This document shows, one piece after another, positions 38,691-46,914 of a stretch of DNA of 64,000 bases. The stretch's first letter is position 1, and each line of letters starts with the position of its first letter. Source of the stretch: Candidatus Sumerlaeota bacterium (GTDB taxonomy: Bacteria > Sumerlaeota > Sumerlaeia > Sumerlaeales > Sumerlaeaceae); NCBI GenBank assembly GCA_026398535.1, contig JAPLSQ010000073.1, forward strand, positions 86,444-150,443, written 5' to 3'. A program made the position numbers and the translations under genes. The notes under the pieces are model-generated. The model was given only the letters and a program-made list of their open reading frames with translations. It was not told the origin of the DNA and did no database searches.

Positions 38691-40391
38691 TTACTTCGCC
38701 TGCCTGCTTTTTTCCATTTTGCCAATCACGCCGTCGAGCCATGCGCCGACCTTGCCGGCCCACATGCGCCCGTGCGCCTTGAGTCCCTTGATGCTGAAGT
38801 GGATGCCCTTGCCCCCGAAGTCGCGGTTGTCGCCGTTGAGAGTGTCGGTGTCTGGACCCTCTATGGCCATTCCGGTTTCCCACAGCGCCTTTTGGGCGGC
38901 GCGCGTGGAGGGATGCGAGGGTTTTTCGGGATTGTGATATGAAACCTGCGCCACGATCCACGGGAAGGACCAGCCCGCCTCCTCGTTGGATTTCAGGATG
39001 ACGTTGGTGAGCAGTTGCGCGTAGGTTTTGGAGGTCATGACCACGTCGCTTTCGCCCTGGTGCCACATGACGGCGCGGAAGCCGTGCGGGCCGAGCTGGC
39101 GGATGCGGGTCATCATCCATTTGAACAGGTCGCCGTCGGGCTGCCACTGTTCCACGCTGGTTCCGCCGAAGCCTGTGACGGCCACGCCGATGGGCACGCC
39201 GTATTTTTCGCACATGGCGTCGCCAAAGGCTGGCCAGAAGCTTCCGCCCTTTGAGTGGTCGGCCACGCCCGGCTGGGGATCGTCGGCGATGCGCCACGAG
39301 TTACCGTCAAAAGTCGAGACCATGCGCGTCGCGGTCTGGAGTTTGCCATCGCCGCCGGAATTGGTCGAGTTTGACTGTCCCGCGCCCACGAAGACCTCCC
39401 CGACGCCGAGGTGTTCCACGACGGCGCTGGTCGTCACGCGGCCGTCCTTGAGGGCGCGCGCTTCAAGCTTGTACCATCCGCCCGCCGGCAGCGGGCAGGT
39501 TGCGTAGAATGCGCGATTGGGCCCGGCGACCGTGATCTTGTTCCATTTGCCGGGAAGTTCGCCCGCAACAGATTTGCCGGTGAAGCGCGCCTCGATGGCG
39601 TCGCAGTCGGCGCGCACGCGCCCGCTGACAACAACCTCTCCGCGCCGGGGCGCGGTGCGCTGGAAAACCTGGTAATCGCGGGGCGAGAAGATGGTGAGAT
39701 CAGCCTCCATGACGGCGGGCGGGCGCGTGAAATCGCGCACCTTCGCTTCCTCATCTGCCGGTGTTTTGCCGGCATCGAACTGGATCGTGCGGGTTTCCTT
39801 CGGGCCGAGCAACGCCTCCCACACCTGGTGCGGGCCTCCCCAAGGGCCCCACAGTTTTGTTCCGCTGGTGATGCGCAGGCGCGCGCCGCCGCGGTGCCAT
39901 GTGGTTGTCTTCCATTCATTTATCACGGGCGTTTTGACGAATTCGCCCGCGTCATTCGCCACGACTTTCACGGCCTCGTCGATGATGATGAAGAAGGACA
40001 TCGGCTTGCCGGTCTTGTTGGACACGGTCCACGTCATCGAGGCTGGTTTGAACTCGTAGCGCGCCGCGGCCTTGTCGCTTTCCGCGGTGATCGTGTTGCC
40101 CGACGGGCGCGCGATTGCGGGCAGCTTGAGCGCGCTGTCCTGGTAAAAATAACTGCCGCGCGAGATATCCGCGCCCGGGCGCAGGAACTCCTGCCCGCCG
40201 ACGGCGAGATTCGTCAGGCACCCGTCCGCCGCCACGACGGCATCGTAGGCGGGCGTCTTGATGCCATAACTTATTTCCTGTGTGACCGTGACATCTTCGG
40301 CACGGGATAATGTGGGATCGATCATGATCATTAGCGCGAGCATTCCGCTGAGACAAAGTCGGCCATGCATCACATTCTTCTCCTTATGCAA
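38691..40391 (-). CDS. sialate O-acetylesterase-like (SASA/SGNH) carbohydrate esterase
   Basis: 566 aa with a signal peptide. The SGNH GQSN block is VGAGQSNSTN, and a second conserved block is MWHQGESD. There is an N-terminal ~300 aa beta-rich domain. Confidence 0.6.
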   Translation of the reverse strand: MHKEKNVMHGRLCLSGMLALMIMIDPTLSRAEDVTVTQEISYGIKTPAYDAVVAADGCLTNLAVGGQEFLRPGADISRGSYFYQDSALKLPAIARPSGNTITAESDKAAARYEFKPASMTWTVSNKTGKPMSFFIIIDEAVKVVANDAGEFVKTPVINEWKTTTWHRGGARLRITSGTKLWGPWGGPHQVWEALLGPKETRTIQFDAGKTPADEEAKVRDFTRPPAVMEADLTIFSPRDYQVFQRTAPRRGEVVVSGRVRADCDAIEARFTGKSVAGELPGKWNKITVAGPNRAFYATCPLPAGGWYKLEARALKDGRVTTSAVVEHLGVGEVFVGAGQSNSTNSGGDGKLQTATRMVSTFDGNSWRIADDPQPGVADHSKGGSFWPAFGDAMCEKYGVPIGVAVTGFGGTSVEQWQPDGDLFKWMMTRIRQLGPHGFRAVMWHQGESDVVMTSKTYAQLLTNVILKSNEEAGWSFPWIVAQVSYHNPEKPSHPSTRAAQKALWETGMAIEGPDTDTLNGDNRDFGGKGIHFSIKGLKAHGRMWAGKVGAWLDGVIGKMEKSRQAK

Positions 40392-40496
40392 ATTGGAAAC
40401 TACCGGTTTGGCGGCCGTGATTTATGTGATGCAAATTCCGCGATGAAAACAGGAATGACAACAATGAATCGCACGAATTGGGCATTTAGCGGTGTG

Positions 40497-41747
40497 TTAT
40501 TGCGGGGGGAGCAGGAACAGGCGGGCGTCGCCGGCGTCGAGGGAGAGTTGAAGTCCGGCAATCGCGGGGCTGTCGTCGATGACGGGTCTTTCTTTTCCTG
40601 AGGAGCGGTCGACCTCGGTCACCTTGTCCGCTGGGGCGGCGAATTCCATCGTCGGCCACGCCGTGTAGGCGAAGTGGTAGTTGCAGATGATGACGGCGCG
40701 GCGGCCGTCGGCATGGCGGAACCACCCGACAAGGCAGTCCGGCGCGGGGTCGCCGGGCACACTGGCGATTTTTATCAGGGGCGAACCGGCCAGTGCGGCG
40801 GTGGTGTCCGTGGTGTTGGGCGCGATGCGGGCAACGCCCTCGCTGACGAGTTTCATGAGCACCGGCCCCCAGTTGTTGAGTTCGGCGTTGATGCGCCGGG
40901 CCTGGGCGTAGTGGCGCGTGCGTCGGCCGTCGGGCGTGATGATGGCGCCGCCCTTGGGGAATTCACCGCCCGTGGGCGTCCAGTAGCAGAAATAAAGCAC
41001 GCCCTTGCCGCCATAGGCGAGCGTGGCGTTGATCTGCCAGCGGATTTGCGCCTCGGTGGGGTCGGTGTGGGGGCCGAAGGGCATGGCGTTGAAGAAATTC
41101 CAGAACGGGACGCCGCGCTCGAGCGACAGGCGGCGCATGACGCCGAGATTGCGGCAATACGCGTCTCGCCCGTCGGGCTGGTCGGGCCGGAAGAGCGGAT
41201 AGTGGTCCATGCACAGAACATCGACGTCGAGTTCGCGGGCGAAGCGTTCAGCGTAATCGTTGTAATCGCGCGCGCCTACCGCGGCCGGATTGACGTAGTC
41301 GGGATACATGTTGATGAACGCCAGCTTGCCCGGGCGCTCGCGGCGGATGGCGTCGACGCGTGCGCGCAGTCCGGGGAATTCCGCCACGGCGGGCTCGTCC
41401 TTCACGAGGCAGCCCATGCAGGCGGCGCTGAGGGGCAGGCGGGCGGGGTCAGCCTCAAGGCAGGGGACGATGGCCTTCATGCCGAACCTTTTGCACAACG
41501 CAAGCTGGCGCAAAACCTGTTCGGGCCTCGTGGTCATACAGCAATCGGTGACAAGGTTGAATCCCGCGCCGGCCATCTCGCGGTAGCGCGCCTCCATCTG
41601 GTCGTCGGCGGGCGGCTCCACCCAAAGACCAATCACGAAGCGGTCCTGCGTGAACCGTTGTTTGGCCGCCGCCGCGGAGGTTGTGGCGCACGCCGCACAT
41701 GCGGCAAGAAGCAAAGGGATGACTGTTGCCGCGCGTTTCGCACTCAT
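40497..41747 (-). CDS. secreted hypothetical protein, putative TIM-barrel glycoside-hydrolase-like
   Basis: 416 aa with a signal peptide and lipobox-like LLAACAACA. No catalytic signature confidently assigned. It heads the minus-strand array 41747..31599. Confidence 0.45.
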   Translation of the reverse strand: MSAKRAATVIPLLLAACAACATTSAAAAKQRFTQDRFVIGLWVEPPADDQMEARYREMAGAGFNLVTDCCMTTRPEQVLRQLALCKRFGMKAIVPCLEADPARLPLSAACMGCLVKDEPAVAEFPGLRARVDAIRRERPGKLAFINMYPDYVNPAAVGARDYNDYAERFARELDVDVLCMDHYPLFRPDQPDGRDAYCRNLGVMRRLSLERGVPFWNFFNAMPFGPHTDPTEAQIRWQINATLAYGGKGVLYFCYWTPTGGEFPKGGAIITPDGRRTRHYAQARRINAELNNWGPVLMKLVSEGVARIAPNTTDTTAALAGSPLIKIASVPGDPAPDCLVGWFRHADGRRAVIICNYHFAYTAWPTMEFAAPADKVTEVDRSSGKERPVIDDSPAIAGLQLSLDAGDARLFLLPPQ

Positions 41748-41944
41748 AGTTGTTCCTCCCTGACATGTTTTGATCGAATACCAAAGAACGGCGATTCTGT
41801 GCGTCTTTGCGAGAGTTTGTTTATATATGATGTCACGCGGACGCTAAGGAAAAATCCGGATTCACTCCGTGCTTGTGTGTCAGGATTCATTAAAGCATAT
41901 CAAGCTGAGTGAAAATTTATCCGCGAGATCAGGAGCAGGGCATC

Positions 41945-42355
41945 ATGAGCGGTGATGAGATCAACATTGCGGAATTGGTGGCGCAGGCCGAAGCGTGCCG
42001 CGAGCGGGCCTACGCGCCCTATTCGGGCTATCGGGTGGGTGCGGCCCTGCTGTGCGCGGGCGGGCGGATTTTCTGCGGATGCAACGTGGAGAATTCGAGT
42101 TACGGTCTGACGATCTGCGCGGAGCGCGCGGCGGTCGGGGCGGCGGTTTCCGCAGGCGAGCGCGCCTTTTGCGCCATCGCCATCGCGTCCGACGACGTTC
42201 CGCCGGCCAGCCCGTGCGGCGCATGCCGGCAGGTGCTCGTGGAGTTCAATCCCGGCATGCTCGTGGTCACGTCATCGCCGCGCGGGGGTCAGCGCCGCTA
42301 CATCGCCCGCGACCTGTTGCCGGATTATTTCAATCTTGTTGTCCCGCCGCCCTGA
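41945..42355 (+). CDS. cdd: cytidine deaminase
   Basis: Start chosen at the ATG 41945 (MSGDEINIAELVAQAEACRERAYAPYSGYRVGAAL). The zinc ligands are CAERAAV and PCGACRQ. Confidence 0.85.
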   Translation: MSGDEINIAELVAQAEACRERAYAPYSGYRVGAALLCAGGRIFCGCNVENSSYGLTICAERAAVGAAVSAGERAFCAIAIASDDVPPASPCGACRQVLVEFNPGMLVVTSSPRGGQRRYIARDLLPDYFNLVVPPP

Positions 42356-42926
42356 CGGTTTTGCGCACCCACGAATTGCAGTTGGTGATGGGGAAGATGG
42401 TTCCTGCGCGGGAGCCGGGCTGAAGCCGTTGCTGTATCTTCGCATAGTCCACATCCGGGACGGGTTTGGCGAAGGTGCCGGGTTGCGCGGCCGCGCCGGT
42501 GTGTTCGGTGACGGTCATCGGGCTGAAAAACGCGGTCCATGACGCGGGCCACGTGCCTTTGATCGAGTCGCACCCGGCGAAATCGGCTCCGGCCTCGCGG
42601 TCGGGGGTGTAGATCCACTCGTGATACCATCCCAGCGCGCCGAAAATGCGGCCTCCGGGCATGTTGAGCACGCGCGCGCACCACCACACGCGCCCCTGCT
42701 GTTTGAGTTGTTCCGGTTGGGCGGGCGCGAATCCCTTGTTCATCACAGACTGAAGGGAGGCCTGCGGGGCGTTCGTCCACGGATTCGATGTTCCATTTTC
42801 GTTTTCATACGGTGTGCGTTGCAGGAGCGCGCAACCGCCGGTCAGGATGAGCAGGATCATGGCCGCTATCGCCGCGGCGGTGCGGTTGAGCCGGATAGGG
42901 AAGTGATTGTGGCAGCGCATCGTCAT
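42330..42926 (-). CDS. hypothetical lipoprotein
   Basis: 198 aa with a lipobox ILLILTGGC. Its start ATG overlaps the GH116 stop (TCAT on the plus strand at 42923-42926). Its 3' end overlaps the cdd 3' end by 26 bp (convergent), so the call is moderate. Confidence 0.45.
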   Translation of the reverse strand: MTMRCHNHFPIRLNRTAAAIAAMILLILTGGCALLQRTPYENENGTSNPWTNAPQASLQSVMNKGFAPAQPEQLKQQGRVWWCARVLNMPGGRIFGALGWYHEWIYTPDREAGADFAGCDSIKGTWPASWTAFFSPMTVTEHTGAAAQPGTFAKPVPDVDYAKIQQRLQPGSRAGTIFPITNCNSWVRKTVRAAGQQD

Positions 42927-45337
42927 GGTTTCGCGGGACGTTTTCTTTCAATAACCTTGATTTTGATTTGACCGGCCCGCTTTGAAATTGTTCCCCAGCC
43001 ATCGGGCGCGCAAAAGAAGCACTGGAAGGGTTTGGCGGCGAGGGCGGCGGGCAGGCGCGGCTCGGCGGTGAGCGAGTCGAGCGGAGCGCCGTAATTGACG
43101 CCCGACATCGCGACGAGCAGCCCCCACGCGCTCATGGCGCGGGCATAGTGCGACCCGCATTCGAACTCGTTGTAGGGATTGCGGCGGCGCCCGTCGTGGC
43201 GGGCGCGCACGGCGCGCGCGATGCGCAGCCCCTCCTCGACCATGCCCTCGATGATGAGGTGCGCGGCAACCTGGTACTCAATGCCCGTCCACGCCTCGTC
43301 GGAATACGGGAAGGGATAGGCGGGTCGCCCGCCGCGCGGCCACGAGCACAGCACGAGCGCCGACTCGCCGGCCATGGCGTAGATGCGTTGCATGTTGGCG
43401 TGCGCGCCGAGTGGATCGCGGAAGTTGTGGCGGAAAACGGCGGCCAGCGCCGAGCGCGTCTTTTGCGGGTCGAGAATGTGGCCCAATCCCGCGATGTGCG
43501 CGGCGAACTGGCCGAAAAGCTGGTCGCTCAGGCACCCGCGCCCGTGCTGATATTTGGGCGCGTCCGGCGACAGGCAGTCAAACACCTGCTCGAAATACTC
43601 GCCGTTGAACATCACGGCCTCGGTTTTGGCGCGGCCCGCCTCAAAGAGGCGCTGATACTCGCCGGCCCTGTCATTTTCACCGAGATGGCGCGCCATTTCG
43701 GCGGCGGCGCGAAGCGCGGCAAGGTAGAATCCCTGGGCGAGCGGATTCGGCCCCTGGAAATTGATGTCGTACGTGTTGTGCTGGTCGCCGTCCACGAGGC
43801 CGTCGCGGTCGGTGTCCCATTGCACCCATGCGTATTCGAGCGCGCGGCGCGCGCCGGGCCACATCAGGCGCAGGTAGTCGTCGTCGCGCGACAGCTTCCA
43901 GTCGCGGTATAACTGCACCACCCCGCCGAGCTGGCCGTCGCTGGCGGCGTGGAACAACGGCGCCTCTGTGCCCAGGGGCGCGGGGACCCGGAACGTGATT
44001 GCCCCCTTCCTGCCATCCTCGCCCGCCGCAAAGCCGTGCTCGTATTCGGCGCGGCGCATGGAGCGGTGCAGTTCGGGGAAAAGGAACGCAGGGGTGAGCG
44101 CGTAATTCCACACATGGGTGCATGACCCGTCACAGCATCCCCATCGGGGCGAGCATCCCTCCCATGCCCAGAATGTGCCGTCCTCGAGGCGCAGGCATGT
44201 GGGCGAACGCAGGACGGAGGCTGTGGCGCTCACGGATTCGAGCGCCTCCGGCGGCAGCGTGCTTGCGAAAAGCGCGCGCTCGAAGGCGCGCGTGCGGCGG
44301 TGGAGCTCGCGGCGCCGCGCGAAGAACTCCTCCGCGGCGTGCCATGCCGTCGGCCAGTCCTTCGCGTAGTAATTTGTCCATTTGGGCCGGCAGTCCTCCC
44401 CCGCAGCGCCGCATTCGCACGGCTGCGCCCAGTACTTGACGGCCGTCGGGAAACACCATGCGATGACGACGGGCAGAGTGGCGCTGACGCCGGGGTCGAG
44501 GCGCGCGCGCAGGATAAGCGATGCCGGGACGGGCGCGCCGGCTGAGTTGTCCGCGGCGGGAGGGATTTCGCCGGTGGCGCTAAAGTTGTCCCAGAAATTG
44601 TGGAGCGGATCGAACCACCCGCCGCGCAGCCAGTTCGCGGCGGCCGCATCGGGCCAGTCCGTGGCGAGCGCCATTGTTCCCTGGCGCGGATGCCCGCCGG
44701 GGTAGCGCGCGTTCGTGAAGCAGACGCCCCGGCAGCGATTCCCCTCGCGCCATTCGTTGAGCGCCTGATCGGGATTCCGCGGATCGCGCGGCTCGCCGAA
44801 CCCGATGGCATTAAGCAGATTGAACGCCAGCGAAGCGCTGACGGGCTTGTCCGAGCGGTTTTTTAAATGGTAGAAGAGGCAGGCAACGGGAAAACCGGAA
44901 CTGCGCTCGTCGAGCGGGATGAACGGGCTCCATGCCTCGAGTTCGACGTCGAGCGGCAGGCCCGGTTCGCTGAATTTGATGCGCGCGAAGGGGAACGTGC
45001 CGCGGAAAACCGCGCCGCTGAAATGCGGAAGGCCGTCGCCTTGGCCGCGTATCTGTCCATGTCCGTAACCCTCCGCGTCCATCGCCTCGCCGACGAAATC
45101 CTTCATGCGGGGCCCCTGCACGGCGAGGGCGCGCGGCGTACCGCCGTCCCCGCGCAGCCACAGCGCCGCAAAGGTCATCGGCAGAATTGTGCCCTTGTTC
45201 GGCCGGTTGAAAATTTCCCAGTCGCGCAGCGCGCCGCGCCCCTCAAGGCTTATGCAGCCCGTGCCGATGCCCCCCAGCGGGAATGCCACCTCGCGAAGAT
45301 ACTCACCTTTGTAGATAAACGGCTTTTTTGCTTTCAT
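42923..45337 (-). CDS. GH116-like (GBA2-type) beta-glucosidase/glucosylceramidase, cytoplasmic
   Basis: Start chosen at the ATG compl. 45335-45337 (MKAKKPFIYKGEY). The N-terminal beta-sandwich carries the GBA2_N-type motif FPLGGIGTG. The C-terminal domain is a large (alpha/alpha)6 catalytic domain. The ORF-track N-terminal extension (65 aa, Cys-rich) is unlikely to be translated. Confidence 0.65.
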   Translation of the reverse strand: MKAKKPFIYKGEYLREVAFPLGGIGTGCISLEGRGALRDWEIFNRPNKGTILPMTFAALWLRGDGGTPRALAVQGPRMKDFVGEAMDAEGYGHGQIRGQGDGLPHFSGAVFRGTFPFARIKFSEPGLPLDVELEAWSPFIPLDERSSGFPVACLFYHLKNRSDKPVSASLAFNLLNAIGFGEPRDPRNPDQALNEWREGNRCRGVCFTNARYPGGHPRQGTMALATDWPDAAAANWLRGGWFDPLHNFWDNFSATGEIPPAADNSAGAPVPASLILRARLDPGVSATLPVVIAWCFPTAVKYWAQPCECGAAGEDCRPKWTNYYAKDWPTAWHAAEEFFARRRELHRRTRAFERALFASTLPPEALESVSATASVLRSPTCLRLEDGTFWAWEGCSPRWGCCDGSCTHVWNYALTPAFLFPELHRSMRRAEYEHGFAAGEDGRKGAITFRVPAPLGTEAPLFHAASDGQLGGVVQLYRDWKLSRDDDYLRLMWPGARRALEYAWVQWDTDRDGLVDGDQHNTYDINFQGPNPLAQGFYLAALRAAAEMARHLGENDRAGEYQRLFEAGRAKTEAVMFNGEYFEQVFDCLSPDAPKYQHGRGCLSDQLFGQFAAHIAGLGHILDPQKTRSALAAVFRHNFRDPLGAHANMQRIYAMAGESALVLCSWPRGGRPAYPFPYSDEAWTGIEYQVAAHLIIEGMVEEGLRIARAVRARHDGRRRNPYNEFECGSHYARAMSAWGLLVAMSGVNYGAPLDSLTAEPRLPAALAAKPFQCFFCAPDGWGTISKRAGQIKIKVIERKRPAKP

Positions 45338-45483
45338 GTGCGCGGTTGTATTTTTCCTGATTGCGCAGGGGGACAATCCGCCGCGGCGGATGCCGCGCCC
45401 CGCGCATATTATATGTTGGGGACAATAACAGGCAGCGATGATCACACAACTGAAAACCGCGGCGCAGGAGCTAAAAAATGAGA

Positions 45484-45491
45484 GGGGGGGG
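45484..45491. repeat. G8 homopolymer in divergent intergenic region (GH116 / GT9)
   Basis: aga + gggggggg + ctgcc, read directly. It lies ~150 bp upstream of the GH116 start codon. Confidence 0.9.
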
Positions 45492-45677
45492 CTGCCGGTG
45501 TGGCGGATGGTTCTGGCGGATGGGCGGACCACGGGGAGTCACCGAGAAAACATGAATGATGCCCGCATCAGCCATTGCATAGATCGGACATGCCAAGATA
45601 GAAATTGATATTGTCCCGCATGAAAACAAACTTGTCATATTGCGAAAAGTATTATCATCGGCCGGCAGGAATGAACC

Positions 45678-46913
45678 ATGCTGAGATTTGAAGACATCAA
45701 GTTTGATTGCGCGCTCTACAACGGTTACAAGCCGTGCCGGCATGGCAATGAATGCGCGGGATGCCCGTATTATGAGCCTCTGACGAATGATCCGGCGGAA
45801 AAAGCGGCGGCTGGCGCGCCCTTTCTTGCCGGGACGGCCCAGGCTGCCGCCACGCCTTCGTCCCGCGCGGGCGGCGGGCCATGCCGCATCCTCATCATCA
45901 AGACGGGCGCGATGGGCGATGTGTTGAGGACAACGACCCTGCTGGCGCCCCTGTCGCGCGCTTATCCCGGCGGACATGTCACATGGGTGACCAATCCCTC
46001 CGCCGTTCCCCTGCTCATCGCCAATCCGCGCATCGGCGAGCTGCTGGCCATGGGCGGCGAAACCTGCCGCGCGCTCGAAGGGCGCGAGTTTGACCTGCTC
46101 CTGAACTTCGAAAAGGAAAAAGAGCCGCTGGCGCTGGCGGGGTGCGTCCGCGCGGCGCGCCGCATCGGGTTTGCCCCCACGCGCTGGAACACACCGACCG
46201 TGTTCAATCCTGAATCGCGATACGCGCTGCTGCTGGGCATCAGCAACGAGCTGAAATTCCGCATCAACACGAAAACATATCCCGAGATCATCTGTGATAT
46301 GGCCTGCCTTGAATACCGGCGCGATCATTACGTGCTTTGTCTGACCGATGCCTCGGGGGTGCGCCGCCGGGAGATCGGCGCGCTCATCAAAGCCAGCGGC
46401 GCCGGCGCGGCGCGCGTTGGCCTCAACACCGGATGCGGCGCCGTTTTCCGGACGAAGCAATGGACGCTCGACGGATGGCTTGAGCTCATCGGCATCCTGC
46501 TGGAGCGCGCCGGCGCCAACCTGCTGTTGTTGGGAGGAAAGGCCGAAACGGAACTCAACCGCCGGATTCTGGAGCGCGCTCCCGGGCTTATCGACACGGG
46601 CTGCGGCAACACGCTCGAACAGTTCTTCGGCATCGTCGACGCCTGCGATCTCGTCATCACCTCTGACAGCCTTGCCATGCACATCGCTATCGCGCTGGGC
46701 AAGCACACCGTGGCGATCTTCGGCTCCACGTCGCATGTCGAGGTCGATTTATATGACCAAGGCGAGAAGATCGTGACGGATTTCCCGTGCAGCCCCTGCT
46801 ATTTGAAGGAATGTTTCAAGGATCCGACATGCATGATGGCATTGCGCGGCTTCACCGTGGCCGGCGCGGTCATGCGCGGCCTTGCCGCAGCAAGCCGGAA
46901 TCCGGCGGTGTGA
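45678..46913 (+). CDS. glycosyltransferase family 9 (ADP-heptose:LPS heptosyltransferase-like) with N-terminal Cys-rich extension
   Basis: The GT9 fold begins at ILIIKTGAMGDVLRTTTLLAPL, and the C-terminal GT-B half carries LITSDSLAMHIAIALG. The N-terminal 70 aa contains C-x8-C-x5-C-x2-C (CALYNGYKPCRHGNECAGC). The RBS is aggaatgaacc. Confidence 0.7.
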   Translation: MLRFEDIKFDCALYNGYKPCRHGNECAGCPYYEPLTNDPAEKAAAGAPFLAGTAQAAATPSSRAGGGPCRILIIKTGAMGDVLRTTTLLAPLSRAYPGGHVTWVTNPSAVPLLIANPRIGELLAMGGETCRALEGREFDLLLNFEKEKEPLALAGCVRAARRIGFAPTRWNTPTVFNPESRYALLLGISNELKFRINTKTYPEIICDMACLEYRRDHYVLCLTDASGVRRREIGALIKASGAGAARVGLNTGCGAVFRTKQWTLDGWLELIGILLERAGANLLLLGGKAETELNRRILERAPGLIDTGCGNTLEQFFGIVDACDLVITSDSLAMHIAIALGKHTVAIFGSTSHVEVDLYDQGEKIVTDFPCSPCYLKECFKDPTCMMALRGFTVAGAVMRGLAAASRNPAV

Positions 46914-46914
46914 G

